From an uncultured Gammaproteobacteria bacterium (GTDB lineage: Bacteria > Patescibacteriota > Microgenomatia > UBA10105 > UBA927), in assembly GCA_964515005.1 (NCBI GenBank), contig CAZEVT010000002.1, positions 28,968 through 92,967 on the forward strand: a stretch of 64,000 bases of DNA, given 5' to 3'. Shown in pieces: positions 1-8,861 of this stretch (positions are counted from its first letter, which is position 1; each line of letters opens with the position of its first letter). Made by a program: the position numbers and the translations under genes. The notes beneath the pieces are model-generated. The model did not search any database. It worked only from the letters and a program-made list of their open reading frames with translations, and was not told where the DNA came from.

Positions 1-1
1 G

Positions 2-988
2 TTAGTCACAAGTGATGAAAAAGGAGGAGGAGATATTCTTATTGGAACACACGCATTATTACAATATAATCTCAAAAATCTCGGATTAGTTGTGGTGGAC
101 GAGCAACACAGATTTGGAGTCGAACAACGAGCACAGCTTATCGGAAAAGACAAACTCACTCCACATTTTCTTACCATGACGGCGACTCCCATTCCGCGCA
201 CGATCGCAAAAACGATCCTCGGCAGTATCGATATCTCGGTACTTACCGAAATGCCCAAGGGAAGGCGCATCATCAAAACGTGGGTGGTACCTTCCGAAAA
301 GCGGAAAGGCGCCTACGAGTGGATAGACAAACAAATGAAAGAAACCGGCGGACAAATTTTCGTCATCTGCCCGCTTATTGAAACCTCCGAAACGCTTTTG
401 GATGTTCGGGCGGTGAAGGATGAAGTGGTGCGCATAAAAAAACGCTTTCCGAAGATCGAGGTGGGGCTTTTGCACGGACGCCTTAAGCCAAGTGAAAAAA
501 CAAAAGCGCTAGAGGACTTTCGAAAGAAAAAAACCATGATTCTGGCGGCGACACCGGTCGTTGAGGTCGGGATCGATATACCCAATGCCGCCATTATGGT
601 CGTGGAAGGAGCTGATCGCTTCGGCTTGGGGCAACTGCATCAGCTGCGCGGCCGCGTGGGGCGGGGGAGCCTGCAATCGTACTGCCTGCTTTTCACGGGC
701 AGTACAGACGAAAAAACGGTCAAGCGGCTGAAGGCCCTCGAGACGATCCATAGCGGGCCCGCGCTCGCCGAAGTAGATCTAACGCTCCGCGGGCCAGGGG
801 AAGTCTTTGGCACCCGCCAACACGGCGTGCCGCATTTGAAAATTGCATCGTTTACCGATATGGCAACAATAAACCAAACCCAGCAGGCCCTGGCAGGCCT
901 TACCCACAAGGACCCTGACCTGACCTCGTTCCCCCTCTTGAGGGAACTCGTGAAAAAAGGTACAATACAAGAGGTCAGTAAAGACTGA
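2..988 (+). CDS. recG: ATP-dependent DNA helicase RecG, C-terminal part (5' end lies outside the window)
   Basis: Frame is open from nt 2. Has the DEQH box (VVVDEQHRFGV) and helicase motif VI (QLHQLRGRVGRG). Stop TGA at 986-988. Confidence 0.8.
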   Translation, partial: LVTSDEKGGGDILIGTHALLQYNLKNLGLVVVDEQHRFGVEQRAQLIGKDKLTPHFLTMTATPIPRTIAKTILGSIDISVLTEMPKGRRIIKTWVVPSEKRKGAYEWIDKQMKETGGQIFVICPLIETSETLLDVRAVKDEVVRIKKRFPKIEVGLLHGRLKPSEKTKALEDFRKKKTMILAATPVVEVGIDIPNAAIMVVEGADRFGLGQLHQLRGRVGRGSLQSYCLLFTGSTDEKTVKRLKALETIHSGPALAEVDLTLRGPGEVFGTRQHGVPHLKIASFTDMATINQTQQALAGLTHKDPDLTSFPLLRELVKKGTIQEVSKD

Positions 989-1007
989 TGCGTAGCACTC
1001 AATATCT

Positions 1008-1178
1008 ATGGCTCCACTTCCTAAAAGACGACATTCAACCAGGCGCGGCGGCAAGAGGAAGGCCGCAATCAAACTCGGTCTACCGAAATTTGTCGCGTGT
1101 AAAAACTGCGGCAAACCGTGTCTTTCGCACCGAGCCTGTACATACTGTGGGTATTACGGCGGAAAAAAAGTAGTCTGA
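1008..1178 (+). CDS. rpmF: 50S ribosomal protein L32
   Basis: 56-aa ORF absent from the ORF track (under 60 aa), in a different frame from listed ORF 988..1173. Translates to MAPLPKRRHSTRRGGKRKAAIKLGLPKFVACKNCGKPCLSHRACTYCGYYGGKKVV with the L32 CxxC...CxxC zinc-ribbon pattern. Confidence 0.7.
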   Translation: MAPLPKRRHSTRRGGKRKAAIKLGLPKFVACKNCGKPCLSHRACTYCGYYGGKKVV

Positions 1179-1179
1179 C

Positions 1180-1530
1180 ATGAAGACCCCAACTGACCCC
1201 AGACACATCAGGCGTAAAGCCATCATGGACAAGCTTTTTTCGTATAGCTTCGACCCAAACCAGGTTGACGCGTCGATTCAACCAATGATTGCCCATTTAT
1301 CACAGATTGACCTAAAGATTGAAAAAGCCGCGCCAGACTGGCCGGTTTCCAAAATTGCAAAAATAGATCTTGCGGTTTTGCGGCTCGCCCTGTACGAGCT
1401 CATGATAGAAAAAAAGGAGCCTCCCAAAGTCATCATCGATGAGGCAATTGAGCTATCGAAAGCCTACGGCAATGAACATAGTTCACAGTTTATAAACGGA
1501 GTACTCGGGACCGTCTTAAAATCGCTATGA
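1180..1530 (+). CDS. nusB: NusB-family transcription antitermination protein
   Basis: 116 aa. Has a basic N-terminus (RHIRRKAIMDKLF), NusB-like helical repeats, and the position upstream of rnc and ribosomal genes that is typical for nusB. Confidence 0.55.
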   Translation: MKTPTDPRHIRRKAIMDKLFSYSFDPNQVDASIQPMIAHLSQIDLKIEKAAPDWPVSKIAKIDLAVLRLALYELMIEKKEPPKVIIDEAIELSKAYGNEHSSQFINGVLGTVLKSL

Positions 1531-2213
1531 CCTTCGAAGATTTACAAAAAACACTGGGTATTACTTTCAAGGACCAGGAACTCCTGAAGCAGGCGTTTGT
1601 CCACAGGTCGCACCTCAACGAAGCCAAACACGTGACCGTCAGTAACGAGCGCCTGGAGTTTTTGGGAGACGCCGTTTTGTCGTTTCTTACCAGCCGCTAT
1701 TTATACGAAACCTATCCGAATTACCCCGAGGGAATCCTGACCAACATTCGCTCGTCGCTCGTGAAAACCTCGAGCCTGCGGGATATCGCCACAGAACTTG
1801 ACTTAGGGGAACTCCTCTTTTTAAGCCACGGCGAGGAAGCCTCCGGGGGGCGCACGAACCACTCGCTTCTTGCCGACGTGTTTGAAGCGCTTTTGGGGGC
1901 TATATTTCTTGACCAGGGCATTGAGAAAGCCCGGTCATTTCTTGCCGTCTATCTTTTTCCGAAGGCCAAAGACATTATCGAAAACAAGTCGTATGTCGAT
2001 TTCAAAAGCCTGCTTCAGGAACTGATCCAGCAGGAATCACGCCTAAGCCCGACGTATGAGGTAACCCGCAGCGAAGGGCCAGATCACGCACGAATGTTTT
2101 GGGTGGAAGCGCGGGCCGGATCCCAGGTTCTCGGAGCAGGACAGGGAAAATCCAAGCAGGAAGCAGAGCAAGCTGCTGCCTCAAATGCGCTTGCTGCCAT
2201 GGGCAAAATTTGA
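1527..2213 (+). CDS. rnc: Ribonuclease III
   Basis: RNase III signature ERLEFLGDAVL and a C-terminal dsRBD (GPDHARMF...AAASNALAAM). Its start overlaps the nusB stop by 4 nt. Confidence 0.9.
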   Translation: MTFEDLQKTLGITFKDQELLKQAFVHRSHLNEAKHVTVSNERLEFLGDAVLSFLTSRYLYETYPNYPEGILTNIRSSLVKTSSLRDIATELDLGELLFLSHGEEASGGRTNHSLLADVFEALLGAIFLDQGIEKARSFLAVYLFPKAKDIIENKSYVDFKSLLQELIQQESRLSPTYEVTRSEGPDHARMFWVEARAGSQVLGAGQGKSKQEAEQAAASNALAAMGKI

Positions 2214-2227
2214 TATCATACGGACCT

Positions 2228-2449
2228 ATGTTAAAAATTCGCTTAACACAAACGGGAACCACCAATCGCAAAACCTACCGGATTATCGCCATTGAAGAAG
2301 GCAAGCGTCGTGACGGCAAAGCAGTCGAGACGCTTGGCTACTACAATCCGCTCGTGACTCCCGCGCAGATCGTCATCAAAAAAGACCGCGTTGCCTATTG
2401 GGTGAGTCAGGGAGCTCAGCTGACTCCGGCAGTCGAAAAGCTTCTCTAA
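2228..2449 (+). CDS. rpsP: 30S ribosomal protein S16
   Basis: MLKIRLTQTGTTNRKTYRIIAIEEGKRRDGKAVETLGYYNP is the canonical S16 N-terminus. Track ORF 2099..2449 carries a spurious upstream extension; the true ATG is at 2228. Confidence 0.9.
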   Translation: MLKIRLTQTGTTNRKTYRIIAIEEGKRRDGKAVETLGYYNPLVTPAQIVIKKDRVAYWVSQGAQLTPAVEKLL

Positions 2450-2456
2450 AAGACTT

Positions 2457-2699
2457 ATGAAAGACACGCTATTGTATCTTCTGAAGCGCATTGTTGACCA
2501 TCCCGACGATATCGTCGTTGATGAGGAACAATCAGAAGACAAGACTATCCTCACGATCCACGCCAACCAACAGGATCTCGGGAAGGTGATCGGCAAAAGC
2601 GGAAGAATAATCCGCGCAATCCGGGATATCATCAAACTCATGGCCGCCAAACAAAGCGTGTATGTCGATGTGGTCCTTGCAGAAGAAAACCCAGCATGA
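2457..2699 (+). CDS. KH-domain RNA-binding protein (KhpA/YlqC-like)
   Basis: 80 aa with the KH GxxG loop (VIGKSGRIIRAIRDI). Sits between rpsP and trmD, the usual place for ylqC. Confidence 0.65.
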   Translation: MKDTLLYLLKRIVDHPDDIVVDEEQSEDKTILTIHANQQDLGKVIGKSGRIIRAIRDIIKLMAAKQSVYVDVVLAEENPA

Positions 2700-3370
2700 A
2701 AGTCTCCATTCTGACCCTCTTCCCCGATATGTTCCGGGGACCCTTTGACCAATCCATTGTCCACCGGGCAGTAGAAAAAAGGCTCGTCACGATTGAATAC
2801 GTCGACATCCGCACCTTCGCCTCGGACAAATACAAAACTGTTGATGACCATCCGTATGGCGGAGGGGTAGGAATGATTCTGCGGGTTGATGTTGTCGACC
2901 GCGCACTCCAGATGGTCAAAGGCAAAAACGTCAAAGAGAAAAGTCACACGATTCTCCTGGACGCCGGGGGAACACCATACACGCAGAAAAAAGCGAGAGA
3001 ACTTTCAAATGTTGATCATCTCATTCTTGTCTGCGGCCACTATGAAGGAGTGGACGCACGCGTAAGAACGCTGGTTGATGAAGAGATTTCCATCGGCGAC
3101 TATGTCTTAACCGGTGGGGAAATACCCGCGATGGTCGTCGTCGACAGCGTCGTTCGGCTCGTCCCAGGGGTTCTTGCCAAACCCGAGGCAACCGTAAACG
3201 AGTCGTTTAACGAGTCACTCCTCGAGTATCCGCAGTACACACAACCGCGGGAATATAACGGCGTTGCCGTCCCCGAGGAACTTCTTTCCGGTAACCACGC
3301 CGCTATTGCCGCCTTTCGAAAAAAGGCGGCCATCGTTCGCACGCGAGAGCGTGCCGGCCCTACGGGCTAA
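2696..3370 (+). CDS. trmD: tRNA (guanine37-N1)-methyltransferase
   Basis: N-terminus MKVSILTLFPDMF and the DDHPYGGGVGMIL motif are typical TrmD. No rimM or rplS flank it. Confidence 0.9.
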   Translation: MKVSILTLFPDMFRGPFDQSIVHRAVEKRLVTIEYVDIRTFASDKYKTVDDHPYGGGVGMILRVDVVDRALQMVKGKNVKEKSHTILLDAGGTPYTQKKARELSNVDHLILVCGHYEGVDARVRTLVDEEISIGDYVLTGGEIPAMVVVDSVVRLVPGVLAKPEATVNESFNESLLEYPQYTQPREYNGVAVPEELLSGNHAAIAAFRKKAAIVRTRERAGPTG

Positions 3371-4118
3371 AGAGGTCTGCTTTCCCGGCGCCTTCCGATG
3401 GCGCGACGACCTCGGTTGGCCTGGAAGAAACGAGCTGGATTGCACTGGTTTTGGCAATAGTTTCCGACTCTTGTTCGGTAAGGGTGGTGATCGTCGTACC
3501 GACTGATCCGATGGAGGTCGGCAACGGCGAATAAAAGGTGTCCATATTGACATGCGCGATTACCAACGCGACGTCGTTTATTGATAACTCCACGGATCGA
3601 ATCCTAAAAAAACGGCGAATAGAGACGATCGTGGCAAGAAACTGCCGGACTTGATCAAAGGAACCCTCGACCGTAAGACTAAATGGCAGAATACTTGCTC
3701 CCGCCTCCTTTTCATCTGCAGTGATCTTTTTGGCAGACTCAGTCGCAAGCGATCCGGCGCGGGCAAGGGTAAGACTCGTCACCGAAACGCCGGTCGTTGC
3801 CGTGACCGCATCGATGCCGTCAAAAAGAGTTGCGAGGGATTTTTCGGGAGGAACCGCCGCGGCAAGCGTGAGGAGACTGGTGCGAAGCGTTTCTTCATCG
3901 ACGGACGAAAGAATCTCGTTTTTCGCCCGCAGCGTCGCAATCTCACGCGCGGCCGCTACGTTCTCTTTTTGAAGTTCAAGGGCTTTTTTCCCGAGCGGCA
4001 CAACGCCTATGAGAATGCCCGCGGCAGCAAACAGAACGGTGATGGCGGCGACTATGAGTGACTGGTAAGGCTTCAGCAATGTTTGAATATTTTGCATACG
4101 GTTAGAGTATCGCAACAA
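3360..4118 (-). CDS. pilO: Type IV pilus assembly protein PilO-like
   Basis: N-terminal transmembrane helix (LIVAAITVLFAAAGILIGVV) followed by a coiled coil (KALELQKENVAAAREIATLRAKNEIL). Last gene of the pilM-pilN-pilO operon order. Confidence 0.5.
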   Translation of the reverse strand: MLRYSNRMQNIQTLLKPYQSLIVAAITVLFAAAGILIGVVPLGKKALELQKENVAAAREIATLRAKNEILSSVDEETLRTSLLTLAAAVPPEKSLATLFDGIDAVTATTGVSVTSLTLARAGSLATESAKKITADEKEAGASILPFSLTVEGSFDQVRQFLATIVSIRRFFRIRSVELSINDVALVIAHVNMDTFYSPLPTSIGSVGTTITTLTEQESETIAKTSAIQLVSSRPTEVVAPSEGAGKADLFSP

Positions 4119-4644
4119 AAGAAAATGTTACCTCGATTGTCCCGTCGCGCGAAATGGCGAGTGACATAATTTGCGGATCTTTTATCATTTTTTCGATCGA
4201 TTGCCTGACCATCGCATCCGATACGCCAAGTACATCCTCAATCGTCGCGGCGTGGATGGCCATAACCACACGCTCGTCGGTAAGTGACACCGATGACAGT
4301 TGCGTAAGAGGCGCGGAGGCTACAACCGCGTCAAATATCGGCCCCACCGGCTTCCTCGTTGCGGCAATGGAATCCACGGCTCGCGCTCTCGCCTTTATTG
4401 CCGAAAGAAGCCCTTCTTTTATGGTACTTTGGGAAATAGCAAGGGTAAGTGTCTGACGTGTTGCTTCCAAACCATTTGCCGACGTCCGCAGGTACAGGAA
4501 TATCCCCCCGGCAAGAAGTCCTACCGCAATGAAGACCGTCAGGGCGATCGTACTTGCCTTTTTCCCGTAGGCTTCAACCGCCGCAAGTTCAGAGGGCAGA
4601 TTCGTTTTCGCTTTAATGAGATTGATGTTTTTGAGGACTGCCAT
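4102..4644 (-). CDS. pilN: Type IV pilus assembly protein PilN-like
   Basis: Short cytoplasmic N-terminus with an INLLP-like motif (INLIKAKTNLP), then a transmembrane helix. Lies between pilM and pilO. Confidence 0.5.
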   Translation of the reverse strand: MAVLKNINLIKAKTNLPSELAAVEAYGKKASTIALTVFIAVGLLAGGIFLYLRTSANGLEATRQTLTLAISQSTIKEGLLSAIKARARAVDSIAATRKPVGPIFDAVVASAPLTQLSSVSLTDERVVMAIHAATIEDVLGVSDAMVRQSIEKMIKDPQIMSLAISRDGTIEVTFSFVAIL

Positions 4645-4656
4645 AGAACGCTGCGG

Positions 4657-5679
4657 CTATTTCTTCAGCGCCAAGCCCACGGCGACGCAAAAATTGGGTC
4701 CTTCCGCAGTCAAGACGTTAAACCGGGCGTCACGCGCAATGCCCACCCACGGGTTACCGAGTTGCACTTCTATCCCCAAGGTCTGGGCCAGATAGGTGAC
4801 CATCCCCGGAAGCCTCGCCGTTCCTCCGGAAAGGAGGACTGCCTGGACATGGTCATCTTTGTATTTTTCCTGATAAAAGGCAAGGGCCCTTTTGATCTCA
4901 TTGACCACCGTGTCCATAATGGGCTTCACCGCGGTGACGATCTTCCCCTCGAGTTTATCCGCCTGGAGTCCATACGTTTTTTTGTATTCCTCGGCCTGCG
5001 TTTCGTTAAAGTCCAATCCCTGGGCAAGGGCCCGCGTCAGGGCATCGCCTCCTGCCGAAAGCGACCGGGTAAATGCAAGAATGCCGTTTCGCACAATGGC
5101 CAAATCCGTCGTCTGGGCCCCCAAAGATACGATCATCATGCTTTTTATGCTTGGGGCAGACCGTGCAATTGCCCGCGAGGTTGCGATGATTTCTGTTTCC
5201 GCCGCGGCCGCCGTAAGCTCCGAAAGCTCCAAGATCGCAAGATATTTGTCCAAAAGCGCCTTCGGGGCGCCTACCAAGAGCACCTCCATTTTGTTTGTCC
5301 CGGTTTCGGCAGAGGTGCGAAGAATCGTATAGTCAACATTTACCTGATCCAAAGGGAGAGGAATATACTGTTCGGCCTCCCACTTAATGGCGGAGGCTAA
5401 CTCCCGGTCGGAAAGCGCGGGCACTTCGATAACCCGCGTAAACACTTTGGATTCGGGGAGCGCGATTTGAATATTCCTGCTTTTGGCCCCCGTGTCCTTC
5501 AGAAGTTTTTTTATTGCGGCAGCAACCGCCTGATTGTCCGCAGGCAGTGTGCTCGTTAATGCCTTGGGCGGCGTTGGGGTGCTTCCTGCCGCCATAAGAC
5601 CAACGCGCGGGCCATCCCATGCAAGCTCAATGAGCTTTATGGTGTGCGATCCGATATCCAGGCCAAGTGATAGGTTCAT
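4657..5679 (-). CDS. pilM: Type IV pilus assembly protein PilM (actin-like ATPase fold)
   Basis: N-terminus MNLSLGLDIGSHTIKLIEL and overall FtsA/PilM-like architecture, 340 aa. Confidence 0.85.
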   Translation of the reverse strand: MNLSLGLDIGSHTIKLIELAWDGPRVGLMAAGSTPTPPKALTSTLPADNQAVAAAIKKLLKDTGAKSRNIQIALPESKVFTRVIEVPALSDRELASAIKWEAEQYIPLPLDQVNVDYTILRTSAETGTNKMEVLLVGAPKALLDKYLAILELSELTAAAAETEIIATSRAIARSAPSIKSMMIVSLGAQTTDLAIVRNGILAFTRSLSAGGDALTRALAQGLDFNETQAEEYKKTYGLQADKLEGKIVTAVKPIMDTVVNEIKRALAFYQEKYKDDHVQAVLLSGGTARLPGMVTYLAQTLGIEVQLGNPWVGIARDARFNVLTAEGPNFCVAVGLALKK

Positions 5680-5691
5680 GTGGGCAGAATA

Positions 5692-6549
5692 TTACTCATG
5701 GTTAATTGATCCCTCGCTATATATGGCATTGTCAAAAATCGTTGCGGGCGCCGCATGTTGCTGATACACAAAAATCTTCCTGTTGACGCCGCTTTCTGTA
5801 GTTCCTACTGACTCGATGATCCTTCCCTGTACCGGCAGGGTCGAGAGTGGAATGACGGCAAAAAGCGCCGCGTTATAGACCGGTCTAACCCGCAGTGCAA
5901 TAAGCACATCTACCGCAGGATTGATGGTGGGTTCGAGAGTGGAAAACTGCATCGTCTGTCTATAGGCAGTTCCGGTCCCTGCCCCGCACCCGCCCACCGT
6001 CGCCGTCGGCACCCCAAATTTATTTACCCCCTGGCGCGCCGGGTCCGGATCATACGCTGCTTTGGCCACGCGGTAAGAATTGTCGCTCGTCTCGCGGTAG
6101 AGGACGGTCGCAACAATGGCGGCCATTGGCGACTCCTGGCTCCAGCAAACATCAATGGAGGGCGAAGTATAAAAGGGGGTCGCATCGTCAACCGTTCCGT
6201 CGGCATTGTGAGGAGCAAGCCAAATAGTTTCGGTTTCTTCCCTGGGCGTCTTTTGCTGATACACGAGGGGCTGAGACGCCTCACCGCTTATCGATGCTAC
6301 TGAAACCGCATAGGTAAGACCTAATTTCTCGTCCACCAGCAGGGCGCTTGCAACCCCACTTCGCAGCGCTTCCTCGACGCCTGCTTCAGCCGCTGAAAAG
6401 GCCCTCGCCGATTCTTCAATATTCCGCGTGACGGAAATATTGGTCGTGCCGCGGGAAATAAGCGACAAGCCTACCGTTGTTGCAATCGTAAGAACGAGTA
6501 GTGCAATGAGTGCCGCTTGCCCGGATTGAGAGCTACGAACTCTACGCAT
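5692..6549 (-). CDS. PilX-like minor pilin / pilus-associated protein
   Basis: N-terminus SGQAALIALLVLTIATTVGLSLISRG resembles the PilX_N hydrophobic segment. Lies directly upstream of pilM, and the rest is a secreted domain. Confidence 0.4.
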   Translation of the reverse strand: MRRVRSSQSGQAALIALLVLTIATTVGLSLISRGTTNISVTRNIEESARAFSAAEAGVEEALRSGVASALLVDEKLGLTYAVSVASISGEASQPLVYQQKTPREETETIWLAPHNADGTVDDATPFYTSPSIDVCWSQESPMAAIVATVLYRETSDNSYRVAKAAYDPDPARQGVNKFGVPTATVGGCGAGTGTAYRQTMQFSTLEPTINPAVDVLIALRVRPVYNAALFAVIPLSTLPVQGRIIESVGTTESGVNRKIFVYQQHAAPATIFDNAIYSEGSINHE

Positions 6550-6654
6550 ATATAACCATTGTAGTAAGCGGAAAAATATTTAGCAAGCGCTTCTTCTTTG
6601 AGTCACGGCTCACGGCTCTTTCCGCACTACAAAAGACATGGTATTATAAAATAT

Positions 6655-6885
6655 ATGAAACGAATAGCTTTTACACGTCATGCGAATGAAATGATCGTGC
6701 TTCGCCGTCTCAACAAGAAACTGATTGAGCAGTGCATTCGCCACCCTGCCGAAATCATACCCGCAAAAGAAAATAAATACGCATATGTCAAAGACTTAGG
6801 AAAAAATTATCTGAAAGTGATTATCGCGGATGAAAAACAAGCTCTTATAGTCGTCACAGCCTATTGGTTTGCAAAAAAAAGCTAA
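6655..6885 (+). CDS. DUF4258-family toxin (type II toxin-antitoxin)
   Basis: MKRIAFTRHANEMIVLRRL...LKVIIADEKQALIVVTAYW fits the DUF4258 pattern. Its stop overlaps the partner gene, and the region is low GC. Confidence 0.5.
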   Translation: MKRIAFTRHANEMIVLRRLNKKLIEQCIRHPAEIIPAKENKYAYVKDLGKNYLKVIIADEKQALIVVTAYWFAKKS

Positions 6886-6904
6886 ACAATATACCATACG
6901 AGCT

Positions 6905-7129
6905 ATGAAGGTTACCTATGATCCCGTGGCAGATGCCATGTACATCTATTTTTCTGATAAAAAAGCCAGCACGAAGACTGTAGAGGTTCGTGACGACCTT
7001 TTTGTGGACTATGCTGGGAATGAAATGATTGGTATTGAAATTACTGACGTTTCAGGTAAACTCCCCAAAAAAGACATCATGTCGGTGACCCTCTCCATTC
7101 CTCCCGCCGGTAAAATCTCCACGGTATAG
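6905..7129 (+). CDS. DUF2283-family antitoxin partner
   Basis: MKVTYDPVADAMYIYFSD...EMIGIEI is the DUF2283 signature. Sits immediately downstream of, and overlapping, the DUF4258 gene. Confidence 0.5.
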   Translation: MKVTYDPVADAMYIYFSDKKASTKTVEVRDDLFVDYAGNEMIGIEITDVSGKLPKKDIMSVTLSIPPAGKISTV

Positions 7130-7153
7130 CTTATCCACCAATCTAGAAATTTC

Positions 7154-8743
7154 TTACGGCGCCACCTCCCGCCATACGATGCGGGCGTCTTTGAGTTGGT
7201 CCGGCATGGTAATGAGGAATTGAGGTTCGTAGAGGAAGAGTTCAGCGGAGACCGTGTTGTTTTGCCCCAGGGTATCCAGATCCCGCTGCAGGGAAATGGA
7301 CCCGGCAACGAACATACCCCGTCCGACAAACCGCTCGTGACCTGAGCTAGTCGAGAGGCCGGTTGCAAATACCCCGGTGGGGTTCGTAATATAGACGCCC
7401 TCAACGACCGGCGCGCTGCTCGTGTACGGGACGCCGACGGTGGGGTCAACCGTGATATTGCCGTTGACCAGGAATGCCAGGAACCCGGTACCGGAAACGT
7501 TGAGATTGCCGCTAATTTTCAGGTCTCCGTCAACAAAAAAGATGAGCTTCTCCCCCGAGGGCACGAGCCAGTCTCCCGAGGTTTCCATGTCCCCGGTCAC
7601 GTAGTAGGGAATGGGACTGCCGTCTGCCTTGGTTTTGGGACCGGGCTGGTTAACCGGAGTGGTAGGCTGATCATAGTCAACGGCGATTGGCTCTCCACCA
7701 AACCTGCGGTAGAAATAGAGATAGTTGTCCCGGGGGCGTGCGCGGTCCTTTGCAAGCCACTGGGAGGAAGACACAAGGTTTTCCCCCGTGAGGAACTCAT
7801 CGCTGTCCAGGTCCACGGAGTCTCCGTAGGTGACGACCCCACCCGAAGCGGCGGGGCCATTGAGGACCAAGTGTCGGGGAATCGTCCCCACCGGCACCGA
7901 ATTGGTAATCGTACTCCCCCCGTACACGTCCCCGCCCGTAACTTGGGCCCAGGCCTCGCCCAGGGTGTATCCCAAATCAAACGAAAGCGTTTCTGCGTTG
8001 ACAAACGATGCGGTGAGTCCGGTACCGGTGAGTGGCGACGTACTCGTCCTTCGAAAGCAGGACGCTTGCAGGACCAAGCCTGCCGGAGCCGCCGGGAGAA
8101 TCGTATATGTCCGGGCTTGGGCATTGGGCCAGACGGCATAGGTGGTTCCGCTTTGCGGGTTGGCTCCTCCGAGCGACGGGCTGGTGGTGTAGGAGATGGG
8201 TGACACCGGCGACGTTGCCGCGTACACGGCGTTGCAGGTGGTGTCTCCCGTCCCTATATTCCATGCCCGGGCCCGGAGAGTACCCAAGGGAATGGGGGTG
8301 GGGGTAGGAGTGGGAGGGGTGATGGGGCGGCAGGTAGCATAGGTCACTGAAGACTGTTTACAGGGCCGAACGCCTTCTCCGCAGGAACAATTTGCGCTCC
8401 CTCCTCTGACCACGCCGTTGCCGCACACTTTCCCCCAGTGCCCGCAGCCATAACTCACCACGGACCAGTCAGGATATGTACCCGGCGGACAATCGCGGTA
8501 TACCTCGCAGGCGGGATCTTTCTTCGTAGGACCAGTACATCCGCAACATATTGATGGATTCCCATTAGGGGCAGTACACGCATACATATAACAACTCGTT
8601 CCTATCGGACACACAGATTGTTCGCAACCACATGCATAAACCTGTGACTCTGGAATAAAAAAAACCAAAATAAACGACAATACAATACACCCTTGAATAA
8701 CTTTTCTGAATAGATCGTTTTTAATAATGGTTATTTGACTCAT
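7154..8743 (-). CDS. Cys-rich secreted protein with a Pro/Thr linker and a large C-terminal domain (candidate pilus-associated adhesin)
   Basis: Signal/transmembrane segment CIVLSFILVFFIP, then about 30 Cys within ~110 aa (CGCEQSVCPIGTSC...CCGCTG...CSCGEG), a PTPTPTP linker and a ~380-aa Gly/Thr/Ser-rich domain. Lies between the pilins and the PilX-like gene. Confidence 0.5.
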   Translation of the reverse strand: MSQITIIKNDLFRKVIQGCIVLSFILVFFIPESQVYACGCEQSVCPIGTSCYMYACTAPNGNPSICCGCTGPTKKDPACEVYRDCPPGTYPDWSVVSYGCGHWGKVCGNGVVRGGSANCSCGEGVRPCKQSSVTYATCRPITPPTPTPTPIPLGTLRARAWNIGTGDTTCNAVYAATSPVSPISYTTSPSLGGANPQSGTTYAVWPNAQARTYTILPAAPAGLVLQASCFRRTSTSPLTGTGLTASFVNAETLSFDLGYTLGEAWAQVTGGDVYGGSTITNSVPVGTIPRHLVLNGPAASGGVVTYGDSVDLDSDEFLTGENLVSSSQWLAKDRARPRDNYLYFYRRFGGEPIAVDYDQPTTPVNQPGPKTKADGSPIPYYVTGDMETSGDWLVPSGEKLIFFVDGDLKISGNLNVSGTGFLAFLVNGNITVDPTVGVPYTSSAPVVEGVYITNPTGVFATGLSTSSGHERFVGRGMFVAGSISLQRDLDTLGQNNTVSAELFLYEPQFLITMPDQLKDARIVWREVAP

Positions 8744-8861
8744 CTATACCAAGTTTAAGCGTGACGATAACCAACGTCAAGAAGAGAGTATCACATATCG
8801 CGTTATTCTTTGAAATTAAATAGAAACGCTATGTTTTATCTAAAGAAGAATAGTCATCTGC

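Noticed and set aside
988-1173. 61-aa ORF listed by the track
   Set aside because: It has no homology or start context. The L32 gene in a different frame explains the locus.
2099-2227. N-terminal 43-aa extension of the S16 ORF
   Set aside because: It overlaps the 3' end of rnc in another frame. S16 homology begins exactly at the MLKIRL Met at 2228.
4300-5400. 366-aa plus-strand ORF, Arg/Gly/Cys-rich
   Set aside because: It is entirely antisense to pilM, has low-complexity biased composition and no start context. It is a shadow ORF of the GC-rich coding strand.
7597-8307. Several 90-180-aa ORFs in both directions inside the Cys-rich protein gene
   Set aside because: They are overlapping frames of one long, compositionally biased ORF. 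None has an RBS or recognisable motifs.
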